The notes beneath the pieces are model-generated. The model worked only from the letters and a program-made list of their open reading frames with translations. It did not search any database and was not told where the DNA came from. Shown one piece after another: positions 35,881 through 44,117 of a stretch of DNA of 46,696 nt. A program made the position numbers and the translations under genes. The stretch's first letter is position 1. The number at the start of each line of letters is the position of its first letter. This DNA is from a virus (lineage: Duplodnaviria > Caudoviricetes): IMG/VR virus record IMGVR_UViG_3300005323_000059, positions 1 to 46,696 of that record; one strand, given 5' to 3'.

Positions 35881-36471
35881 TTATTTTGGTGCCGAGAAAA
35901 CCCCGCCTCCGTGTTCTTGTACCCATTTGGGGCTAAACGGGTCTATATCGGCATTCAAGCGCGTTGCAGGGGTTTCGGTGGCTTGCGCCCCAGGATTGGT
36001 TACGCCGGTCTTTGGCGCAGCCTTTGGCAGGGATTCAAACAACTGTCTTGCATCAGCTTCCATTTCTTCGGGTGTCTCACCCTTGATTCTGTCGGCCAGC
36101 ACAAACGGCAGTTTTACCTTTTCCGCTATTTCGCGCTGTTGCTTTTCGCGCCCAAGTTTTGCTAATTTCTGGTCGGCTTCTTGCTTTTCCAGTTTCAGGC
36201 GGTCAATCTCTGACAGCTCGGCTTTCTTGCGCTCGTTTTCTTCTTTCTCTAACTTTTGTAACTTTTCGTTTGCCTTATTGAAATCTTTTTCAAATTGGCG
36301 TTGTTTTTTGATAAGTTCGAGAGCTCTTTCGGGATCATATTCCTCATCATTGATGATGATTTTTTTGTCCTTTATTTCAAACTTATCTTCTTGTGGTACT
36401 TCGACTTTCTTTTCCTCGGCCTTTTCAGGTTCTGGGGTTTCGACCGTCTCGGTCTTTGTTTCGTCAGACAT
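35881..36471 (-). CDS. Capsid scaffolding protein
   Basis: Charged coiled coil, LADRIKGETPEEMEADA, TNPG; start MSDET. Confidence 0.8.
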   Translation of the reverse strand: MSDETKTETVETPEPEKAEEKKVEVPQEDKFEIKDKKIIINDEEYDPERALELIKKQRQFEKDFNKANEKLQKLEKEENERKKAELSEIDRLKLEKQEADQKLAKLGREKQQREIAEKVKLPFVLADRIKGETPEEMEADARQLFESLPKAAPKTGVTNPGAQATETPATRLNADIDPFSPKWVQEHGGGVFSAPK

Positions 36472-36504
36472 CTCGTCTTTTCCTTTCGTGATTAACAACA
36501 AAAA

Positions 36505-36538
36505 ACCCGTCTCTTGCGAGAACGGGCTTTAGTAAGGC
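36505..36538 (-). terminator. Terminator-like hairpin in scaffold leader
   Basis: GCCCGTTCTC-GCAA-GAGACGGGT followed by TTTTTGTT. Confidence 0.6.
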
Positions 36539-36609
36539 GGTTCTGTTATTTTATGGCGTAGCTATTGCGAAGCCACAAAATCAAAATTCAGTTGTTGAAT
36601 ATCAGATAT

Positions 36610-36623
36610 AGTATACCACAAAT
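36610..36623 (-). promoter_or_regulatory. Extended -10 element upstream of scaffold/capsid genes
   Basis: ATTTGTGGTATACT. Confidence 0.5.
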
Positions 36624-36698
36624 CATTTTAACTTGTGTTTGCAAATAGCTTCTAAAATACCCTTTAGGTGGCGAGTTATTTCCTGCCAAAATTCTTTT

Positions 36699-37685
36699 TC
36701 ATCCATTGATTAAATCCTTTAGCGGTGTTTCAGATCGCATATCTCCATAGACCGGGTCGTTATAAATCCTGCTCAATTTGTCGAATGTGAACAGGCCGTC
36801 TTTATAGGCTTTGTATCTCCCGATTCCCATCCGCTCTGTTTTCTGCGCTTCCGATAGGGCATTAAACCATTCTTCTGCGTTCTGTAATCCATAATCAATG
36901 CCCTCCAATTGCGGGATCATGGTACAGCGTCCATTGTGATGATCCGACATGGGTTCATCAAGCGGGTGAACAGTCCCATGCATCGCTATACACGACAGGC
37001 AGGTGCGCGGATCATCCAAAGAGGCAAACCAAATCCAGCTCTTTACGATGTCTGAATTGGCAAGATAATTCAGCCTGGTAGATTCTCTGTAAGCCCACAA
37101 TTGCGCGGTTCTGGTCGTGCGCATGGCATCGTTCAGCCCAGCTCCAAAAGCTTTGCGAATGTCAACCGCTATTGCTTTTGGATTCCTGCCAAGAGACACG
37201 CCCTCGATTATAGACTTGCCGATTTGCGCAGAAGCGTTGGGTGCCCATAGCTCAATACGTTTCGATAGTTCCCCGCCGGATTTCAGCAAATCCGAGAGAA
37301 CATCTATCCCGGTCGGCGCGGCAATTTTGGCCGCAATGCCCGAATACGAATAGAAATCCTTTAAGTGTATGATTGCCAACTCCGCCGCCATCAAACCGGC
37401 CGTGTTCAATTCAATCTTTACGTATTTGGAGAAGTCGTCTATTTCGGATTCGGCTACATCCAATAGCTCAATATACGCGGACAACTTTTTGATCTGCGCG
37501 GTTGTTATTTTCGGGTTGGCCTGAATGGTCAATATGACATTGTTGATGTATGGTTGCAACTTCCGATACAGCGCCCCGTAATTGTTTATCAAGCGCAATA
37601 ACAACTTATCGTTTATGCCCTTGATTTCCTTTTGCTGCTTCAGAAAAAGATTCAGTAAATCTGCCGGCGTGATTTTATTTGCCAC
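36699..37685 (-). CDS. Minor head protein (SPP1 gp7 / Mu gpF family)
   Basis: RTTRT...WIWFASLDDPRTCLSCIAMHG...HHNGRCTMIP. Confidence 0.88.
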   Translation of the reverse strand: MANKITPADLLNLFLKQQKEIKGINDKLLLRLINNYGALYRKLQPYINNVILTIQANPKITTAQIKKLSAYIELLDVAESEIDDFSKYVKIELNTAGLMAAELAIIHLKDFYSYSGIAAKIAAPTGIDVLSDLLKSGGELSKRIELWAPNASAQIGKSIIEGVSLGRNPKAIAVDIRKAFGAGLNDAMRTTRTAQLWAYRESTRLNYLANSDIVKSWIWFASLDDPRTCLSCIAMHGTVHPLDEPMSDHHNGRCTMIPQLEGIDYGLQNAEEWFNALSEAQKTERMGIGRYKAYKDGLFTFDKLSRIYNDPVYGDMRSETPLKDLING

Positions 37686-38350
37686 TAATCCACCTCGTCC
37701 ATTGGCGCAGTAACCATCTTGCCATCTACCAACCTAGATTTAACGCGGTGGCGGAGTTGCTGGTTTGGGTCGGCGGTAACATCTATAATAATTGGCGACA
37801 TTTTTGTTATGCTGCATATAGCATTAATTGCATCTCTCCATGTACAAAATTCATAGACATACTCTCCATCATCCTCGTGAACATAGTTTTTGTCGTCAGA
37901 CAAATATCCCATATCTAAACGATAAATTCCAGGGAAACTTCCGGCGTGTGGCAACGTCAATCCGCTGGTATCGTCTGCGCCAGTCAATCGCCCGAAATTC
38001 TTCATCTGCGAATCACGGATAGAAGCATAGCCGTTGTTGTTGATGATGAACATGATGATCGGCAAGTCCAGTCTGCGGATGGTTTCCAGTTCCTGAATGT
38101 TTAACTGAAATCCACCATCGCCCTCAATATGAATGACACGCTTTCCGGTAGCCAGTGCCGCGCCGATGGAGTACGGAAGTCCTGCCCCCATCTCTCCCAA
38201 TACAAAGTTAGTGCAAAATCGCTGTCCAGGCTTTACTTTCCACGTCTGTAAAATAATATTCGCGGCCATGCCGCTTGCAGACAGGTTGATTATATCAGTT
38301 GGTAGACTGGCTTCATTAAGCGCTTCAACAAAGTCATATAGATCGATCAT
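37685..38350 (-). CDS. TPP enzyme, C-terminal diphosphate-binding domain (YerE/ALS-like)
   Basis: GEMGAGLP, GDGG...NNNGY motif; own SD GGGAGG. Confidence 0.88.
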   Translation of the reverse strand: MIDLYDFVEALNEASLPTDIINLSASGMAANIILQTWKVKPGQRFCTNFVLGEMGAGLPYSIGAALATGKRVIHIEGDGGFQLNIQELETIRRLDLPIIMFIINNNGYASIRDSQMKNFGRLTGADDTSGLTLPHAGSFPGIYRLDMGYLSDDKNYVHEDDGEYVYEFCTWRDAINAICSITKMSPIIIDVTADPNQQLRHRVKSRLVDGKMVTAPMDEVD

Positions 38351-38769
38351 CCCATTTCCTCCCGCAATTTGCGCATGAAGTCGAATACATCCATATTGAC
38401 CTTGATGTAATCATCCGGCAATCTATCCAGCTCTGCCTTATCAATATCAACCACAATCTTTTTGGCATTGGGGCAAAAGTCATTGGGGTGGAAGCACGTC
38501 AGGCTATCTTCAACCCTTGCGCCCAACACAAGAATAAGATCCGATTCTGCCATCTTTTTATTAGCCTCCGGCTGTGCATAAAGTCCCGGCCTCCCGGCAT
38601 TCAGCGGATGTCCTTCCGGCAGCAGGTCGATTGCCCGCCATGACAGCATGACCGGGATGTTCATTTCCTCGACGAACCACTCAAATACCGGGCGCTTCAA
38701 TGTACATCCATGACCGGCATAAATAACCGGGCGGCGGGATTTATTGATTAGTTTTGCGATTTCTTTCAT
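38347..38769 (-). CDS. TPP enzyme, central domain (YerE/ALS-like)
   Basis: RPVIYAGHG, GRPG, SDLILVLGAR, VDIDKAEL; start MKEI overlapping upstream TGA. Confidence 0.85.
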   Translation of the reverse strand: MKEIAKLINKSRRPVIYAGHGCTLKRPVFEWFVEEMNIPVMLSWRAIDLLPEGHPLNAGRPGLYAQPEANKKMAESDLILVLGARVEDSLTCFHPNDFCPNAKKIVVDIDKAELDRLPDDYIKVNMDVFDFMRKLREEMG

Positions 38770-39278
38770 ATCTCTGCGCTCTGCACATCTAATGGGATAT
38801 CTATCCAAACGGGGCCTTGACGGGGCTGTTTGGCATACTCAATATAATACGAAAATGGAATGTAATAATTTGTTTTTGGCAGCACTTCGGCTAACTTTGT
38901 TATTGGCTTTACCATACTAATAATATCCAATTCCTGTACCCCATTGAATCGCTGTTCTGGCGTTTTCAGTTGCCATGTGTTGACTTGCCCGCTGATGAAT
39001 AATACCGGCATGGAATTACACCACGCAGACGCGCAGGCGGTTATGGCATTTGTTCCGCCCGGCCCGGATGTTACCAGGCAGACCCCTAATCCATTGAATT
39101 GTGCGTATGCTTCAGCGGCCAGCCCAGCCGCCTGTTCATGCAGGCAGCAGATGTATTGCAGCCGCTTGTTCTGGCCGAGAGAATCCACAAGATGCATAGC
39201 TCCCCCGCCGCTGACCATGAACACGTGTTTTACGCCTTGATCGGCGATGTAAGACCAAATGAAGTCAGATAATTTCAT
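38766..39278 (-). CDS. TPP enzyme, N-terminal pyrimidine-binding domain (YerE/ALS-like)
   Basis: VSGGGAMHLVDS, catalytic HEQAA, VTSGPGGTNA, GPVWIDIPLDVQ. Confidence 0.9.
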   Translation of the reverse strand: MKLSDFIWSYIADQGVKHVFMVSGGGAMHLVDSLGQNKRLQYICCLHEQAAGLAAEAYAQFNGLGVCLVTSGPGGTNAITACASAWCNSMPVLFISGQVNTWQLKTPEQRFNGVQELDIISMVKPITKLAEVLPKTNYYIPFSYYIEYAKQPRQGPVWIDIPLDVQSAEI

Positions 39279-39381
39279 CACATTCTTTCCCACAATACGG
39301 GCAGATAACAGCTTTCTCTACCCACTTTACCATAAATGACTTCCCGCAAGCATGACACAGAACCTCATACCATTCAGTCAT
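39265..39381 (-). CDS. 38-aa zinc-ribbon microprotein (not in ORF track)
   Basis: MTEWYEVLCHACGKSF...ICPYCGKECDEII*. Confidence 0.6.
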   Translation of the reverse strand: MTEWYEVLCHACGKSFMVKWVEKAVICPYCGKECDEII

Positions 39382-39384
39382 CTT

Positions 39385-39621
39385 TCACCACAAATACTCT
39401 CCGATTATAATTATCATAATACACGCCCCGGAAAACACGACAACAACCCTGCTTTTTTCACCAGCATTGGCAAATCCAAAATTATTAGTTCCGCCGTGAC
39501 TAAAATTTTTGCTCAACCCCATTTGAAGAACCCACTCATTGGCATCTCTTTCGTTTTGAAATGATTTTTCTATCGTTTTATCGCCAGAAGCAAGAGATAA
39601 CACGCATTCTGCCTCTATCAT
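39385..39621 (-). CDS. Hypothetical protein
   Basis: 78 aa, ATGA coupling. Confidence 0.5.
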   Translation of the reverse strand: MIEAECVLSLASGDKTIEKSFQNERDANEWVLQMGLSKNFSHGGTNNFGFANAGEKSRVVVVFSGACIMIIIIGEYLW

Positions 39622-40115
39622 TTCACCTCATAATAAATCGTATCGCGCCAGTCGGGGCATCTTAGCCTTTTGGGATTGATGCACTTCGGCACTTCAAGAT
39701 CGAGAAACGGAAAGACGTTGTTCAGCCCAGCCGGGCACAGATGGTTAAGTTTATCATTCATTGGAAACAATAATTTCTGCCCCAAAACGTGCCCATTCGG
39801 ACACTCTCCAACGTTTACCACTTCAGCATAGATTACCCACCAATGAGGCGGAACGTGGCCGAAAGAGTGATTGGGTTCCTCGCGCCTAATCAGCACATCT
39901 ACGCCTTTCTCTGCCGGGCAGCACACCCAAATATCCTGCATGTCAGCATGATAAAGTAGCCCGAGAAAATATGGGTAAAGCGAATGATACAGGAACGGAC
40001 AAATACCGCGCGGCAATATCTCATTGTCTGAATATTCTTTGCCGTCAGCATGGCAACCGTGCCAGGGACAGTCTGATTCGCAAACATGTTGTTTTATAAC
40101 AGGAAATTTGCCCAT
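39618..40115 (-). CDS. Cys-rich protein with two TIGR04076-like repeats
   Basis: CPW...PRGICP...CCP and CPNGH..GQK...LCP...CPD. Confidence 0.55.
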   Translation of the reverse strand: MGKFPVIKQHVCESDCPWHGCHADGKEYSDNEILPRGICPFLYHSLYPYFLGLLYHADMQDIWVCCPAEKGVDVLIRREEPNHSFGHVPPHWWVIYAEVVNVGECPNGHVLGQKLLFPMNDKLNHLCPAGLNNVFPFLDLEVPKCINPKRLRCPDWRDTIYYEVK

Positions 40116-41167
40116 TCTGTCCTATTCCTATACTGTTCCAAAATCTGATTGTTCTTGTATTGGTTACACACCATGCACTCTTCGCCATTTGGGGGCATGT
40201 TCAGTATCCACTTTGTTATCTCTTTGCGCCTGTCTGATTTCCATATCCCCTCAAACGTATGCTCGTGTAGATTGCCAAATGATAGTTCTGGCTTATCCCA
40301 GCCGCGCCAACAGGGGATAACGTCCCCATTCGGAGCTATGACGGTCTCAAAATGAATGCCCTGGCAAAAGCCCGGATAAAACGTTGAGCAAGTTACGCCA
40401 GTTTTGGTCTCGCTATTGGGGAATCGAATATGCACCTCAAAGTCATCATCTTTCAATGCCAAAACGTCCCGTTTCATATCCCATATCTGCTGTTCCGTGT
40501 AGTAGTCGGACGTAAACGCCCGCTTTCCAATGGGCGATAGGTCATAGTAAATGGCTTCCATGATGACCAAGTAATCCAACCCCAAATCTTTAAAATAACT
40601 CACAATGTCATAAGCGTAATCAAAACTATACGGTTCGAGATAAACGGTCGCCATGAGCATGGTTTTTGTACGATGTTTGACCGCGTATTTCAGGTTGTCT
40701 ATTAATACGCCGTGTTGTTTTTCCGAACAACCGTGCTGCCGTGCGTAGCGGATGGGATTGCTATCGATCACGCTAAATCTTACGTAATTCAGCTTGTCCA
40801 TGCACTTGTCCTGAAATTCTGGGGTAAACAACACCCCATTTGTGCTGATGGTCTGCGGCAGGCTTGTTGTATTGATCGCGTCCGCCAACTTCTTGTGCAT
40901 GAGCGGGTCGCCATCTCCCTGATACAAAATTGCCTTGACGCCCGCGTTCATTAATTCGTTCGGCAGGCGCATGAGCAAGCCATCATCCATGTGCAGCTTT
41001 TTAACTCGCGTCATAGCATAGCAATATTGGCATTTCTGATTGCAGCGTCCGGTCGGCGCTATCTCTGCCAGTATGGGCGGGAAGTATTCCCCGGCTTCCC
41101 ACTTTGCCAGTCTTTCAGGATGATATAGCGTTCGGGGGTCAAAATAACCGCGCAGGTATTTGTTCAT
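40094..41167 (-). CDS. Radical SAM enzyme with SPASM/Twitch domain
   Basis: CNQKCQYC, GDGDP, C-terminal C...GDVIPC...CMVC. Confidence 0.9.
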   Translation of the reverse strand: MNKYLRGYFDPRTLYHPERLAKWEAGEYFPPILAEIAPTGRCNQKCQYCYAMTRVKKLHMDDGLLMRLPNELMNAGVKAILYQGDGDPLMHKKLADAINTTSLPQTISTNGVLFTPEFQDKCMDKLNYVRFSVIDSNPIRYARQHGCSEKQHGVLIDNLKYAVKHRTKTMLMATVYLEPYSFDYAYDIVSYFKDLGLDYLVIMEAIYYDLSPIGKRAFTSDYYTEQQIWDMKRDVLALKDDDFEVHIRFPNSETKTGVTCSTFYPGFCQGIHFETVIAPNGDVIPCWRGWDKPELSFGNLHEHTFEGIWKSDRRKEITKWILNMPPNGEECMVCNQYKNNQILEQYRNRTEWANFLL

Positions 41168-41967
41168 GGCCTCTCCCATTCAATTGTCTTGGCAAGCGCA
41201 GTGTCAAGATCAGTGTAGTGTTCAAGCCCAAGCGCTTTTGCCTTGCTGGTGTTTGGCTTGTAAATTGGATGCGGGTCGTTATATGGGTCGCTATCAATCA
41301 CTTCTATTGACTGGTTTCCACCAACGCAGTCTGCAACTCTGTGCGCCAAATCAAGCATGGTTACTGCTTTTGCTCCGCCCACGTCATAAACACCAACTTC
41401 CGCAAACAAAATATTCAGCAACCATATCACCAAATCCGCCATGTAGATATAAGAGCGCATACTACGTCCGCCGGAATATACTTTGATCGGCTCATTATTT
41501 AAACAGGATTTAATGTATGCCCCAACCGCAAGCGGTCTCTGACACACGCCGCCGCCGATCACCGTAAAGACGCGCGCAATATTCACCGGCAAGCCAGAGT
41601 TAATAAAAAGTTCCTCATTTTCGCATTTCTCGACCTGAATGGGCGATGGTTTCATGTCATAAACTGCGCCGGATGAAGTAAACAATACGTGCTTGACTTG
41701 CGCCTCTCTAAGCACGTCAATCAATCCGCTCAATTCGCCCTTTGCTAAATGGATGCAGTAATCACCCTCAACCGGATGGGGGTCGCGCATATCCAGTTTA
41801 TCGTACTCACAGCCCATGTGATCCAGCGCGGCACACAGCCACGTTCCAAACCAGCCCTCACAGCCAGTTATGATTCCGCGCATAGACTGCAATCTTCTAA
41901 CATCAACGTGCCGCGCAATCAATCCGAGGTCATCTAATGGGATGGGTTTTTTCAAATCAAATTTCAC
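41164..41967 (-). CDS. NAD-dependent epimerase/dehydratase (extended SDR, YerF-like position)
   Basis: GCEGWFG Rossmann motif, TSSGAVY, RSYIY..D; GTG start after GGAGG. Confidence 0.8.
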   Translation of the reverse strand: MKFDLKKPIPLDDLGLIARHVDVRRLQSMRGIITGCEGWFGTWLCAALDHMGCEYDKLDMRDPHPVEGDYCIHLAKGELSGLIDVLREAQVKHVLFTSSGAVYDMKPSPIQVEKCENEELFINSGLPVNIARVFTVIGGGVCQRPLAVGAYIKSCLNNEPIKVYSGGRSMRSYIYMADLVIWLLNILFAEVGVYDVGGAKAVTMLDLAHRVADCVGGNQSIEVIDSDPYNDPHPIYKPNTSKAKALGLEHYTDLDTALAKTIEWERP

Positions 41968-42871
41968 ACTTCCTCCGCAAATAATCTGGATCAACCGCCA
42001 TCATGCAGGTCGGCACTCTCTCGCTGAATTCTTTATCACCCTGCCTAACAATGTCTGCCAACGGCTCATTGAACACATTTCCAATAGAATACTCTTGCAT
42101 GACAGGACACGGGTTCACATCCCCGAATTTGGTAATGTTTATCATGCGCCTCATTGCTATGCAACTTCCGTCAGGGGTCAGGTGTGAAAACGCGCCATAG
42201 CTTTTAGCCAGCAACTCCACGTAGTCGATTTCTTTTTGCGTAAGTAACACATCTACATTGTTTTTCCATGCCCCCACTGGCTTAGCATATAAAATGCAAA
42301 CCGGCACTTTCCACGCAGAGAAGTATTCCAAAAACCCAACCAGTTCTTGAGAGCGCGCCCGTTGTTTATCAACCACCGTCTGCACGATCACATTTATTCC
42401 AACATTTTTACAGTTTCGCACAGCCCCAAAGGCCAACGACCAGGAGCACGTCTTTCCCCGGAATTCGTCATGCTCGTTGTGGTCAAGACTATCAATAGAT
42501 ACTTGAACCTTATCAACGCCGATTGACTTTAAGTGTTTGGCTCTCTGCTCGTCCAAATACCAACCGTTCGTATCGGTTGTGATGTAAAACTTTTTGGGGT
42601 CGATTGCTTGTACAATTTCATCAAAATTTGGGTAGATCAGCGGCTCACCGCCCGAGATAACAAACTGCGCGAACCCCAATTCGTCCACCTGCCAGGATAT
42701 ACTTTGTATATCCTCAATGGTCATTGAGCGCCCTTGTTCACCCTGTAGTTCCCTGACACAACAATGCTTACAGCGCAGGTTGCAGATGTATGACGGTTCA
42801 ATGCGCACAATCCTCATGCCGTGTTGTACGACCTTATCGTACACGTATGGTTTGTCTTCTTGCAAGGTCAT
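41957..42871 (-). CDS. Radical SAM enzyme with Twitch/SPASM-like C-terminus
   Basis: CNLRCKHC, SGGEP, TNG, C...GDVNPCP. Confidence 0.9.
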   Translation of the reverse strand: MTLQEDKPYVYDKVVQHGMRIVRIEPSYICNLRCKHCCVRELQGEQGRSMTIEDIQSISWQVDELGFAQFVISGGEPLIYPNFDEIVQAIDPKKFYITTDTNGWYLDEQRAKHLKSIGVDKVQVSIDSLDHNEHDEFRGKTCSWSLAFGAVRNCKNVGINVIVQTVVDKQRARSQELVGFLEYFSAWKVPVCILYAKPVGAWKNNVDVLLTQKEIDYVELLAKSYGAFSHLTPDGSCIAMRRMINITKFGDVNPCPVMQEYSIGNVFNEPLADIVRQGDKEFSERVPTCMMAVDPDYLRRKCEI

Positions 42872-43716
42872 TTGATAATTTCCAACCCATCCTCTCTCAT
42901 AACCGCAATGCTCCCATCAAATTGAATTCTGGCCAGTATCTCGTCCGAATACCCAGCGCCCATGATAATAACTGCGTCCGCCTCCCTAAGCCTGTCCGGG
43001 TGATAAATAGGCAGACAGCCAACAGGGGAATACTTGCCTATCTTCATCGGCGAATCGTCCACAATAAACGCCACTTTGGGGTTCAGCGTTGCGATATAAG
43101 CAAATGCCTGATGGCTTGCTCCATAGATCGCCACGCGCTTGAAACATTGCGTGTAATTATCAATCGCGGCTTTCAGGCGCATCCGCTTTGTGTCGAATGG
43201 CAAAACATGAATCAAAGAGCGTTTGCGCACCAGCGCCGACAGAATGTAATCGTTCCAAACTGATTGAATCTGCACGACCTCAAATCCATTGTACTGCAAT
43301 GCAAATCTTAGCGTATCTTCTGTGAAGTACATCAGATGGTCTAACATGATCTCGGCATATAGGGCTTTTGACAGAACCATGTCAAAGTTCGGCACTTCAA
43401 TTATCCCTGTTCCATCAAGTCCGCGCAAATAACCATTCGGGTCAGGCACATGCTCCAATCTGTGCAAGCTGTAGAAATCCGCCTCCGGCAGAGAATCAAT
43501 GCGTCTTTGCATGGCTTCATTATAGGTTCGGATATCCTCTTGCCAATACCAAACAGGGTCGTTGTCCAGCTGAACCAGTCCGCACCCAACACATTGACAC
43601 AACTTCAGATTGACCTTGTGTTCTTCCGGCGTATTTGATAGATGCTGCGCCATAGCCGGCATATCCGGCATGGTCAATAAAAGATGCGTGGGCTGATTAC
43701 ATACGCGACAGTTCAT
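42868..43716 (-). CDS. NDP-sugar C-methyltransferase-like protein (shortened)
   Basis: CRVC...CVGCGLVQL Zn domain, LEHVPDP, IIEVPN, YGASHQ, VDDSPMKIGKY; start MNCRVC. Confidence 0.7.
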   Translation of the reverse strand: MNCRVCNQPTHLLLTMPDMPAMAQHLSNTPEEHKVNLKLCQCVGCGLVQLDNDPVWYWQEDIRTYNEAMQRRIDSLPEADFYSLHRLEHVPDPNGYLRGLDGTGIIEVPNFDMVLSKALYAEIMLDHLMYFTEDTLRFALQYNGFEVVQIQSVWNDYILSALVRKRSLIHVLPFDTKRMRLKAAIDNYTQCFKRVAIYGASHQAFAYIATLNPKVAFIVDDSPMKIGKYSPVGCLPIYHPDRLREADAVIIMGAGYSDEILARIQFDGSIAVMREDGLEIIK

Positions 43717-43894
43717 TTGTCTTTTGTTTTCCAAGTATATGGGATTTACCCAGCATATATGCAGCAACAATCATGGCATCAACATCTTCCTCAATTACCA
43801 ATACTCCATATATCCACCCACCAAGAATTTTGTCTTTGATTTCTTTGGATATTTGAAACATTATCGCCTTACCCATTCCAATATCGCGTTTCAT
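43697..43894 (-). CDS. Hypothetical protein
   Basis: 65 aa, SD GGAGGTG. Confidence 0.5.
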   Translation of the reverse strand: MKRDIGMGKAIMFQISKEIKDKILGGWIYGVLVIEEDVDAMIVAAYMLGKSHILGKQKTNELSRM

Positions 43895-43918
43895 TTATTC
43901 ACCTCCCGATGAATTGTT

Positions 43919-44116
43919 TCATTTTCCAAAAAGATAAAAACCACTACCTGGATTCGCGTAAAGAGAATATGCGTCTATTGAATTATCTTCGGGCGCAGAA
44001 ATAGCGCTTTCTTTATTCGAACCATAATTATTATCGGCCGTTAAGCGTATAACATACGCACAATATAAACAATAACAACCAACAATCTGTATCCCTACCA
44101 ACAAAATAAATAGCAT
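43919..44116 (-). CDS. Small membrane protein
   Basis: Start MLFILLVGIQIVG just after E1 stop; hydrophobic N-terminus. Confidence 0.45.
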   Translation of the reverse strand: MLFILLVGIQIVGCYCLYCAYVIRLTADNNYGSNKESAISAPEDNSIDAYSLYANPGSGFYLFGK

Positions 44117-44117
44117 C

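Noticed and set aside
37685-39278. Acetolactate synthase auxiliary gene for branched-chain amino acid synthesis
   Set aside because: No ilvC/ilvD/ilvH nearby; the GGGAMHL variant and linkage to RfbG/RfbH fit the sugar-branching YerE-like subgroup better.
40094-42871. QueE / 7-deazaguanine DNA modification or RiPP maturases
   Set aside because: No folE, queC, queD or dpdA genes and no convincing precursor peptide; the context is NDP-sugar metabolism.
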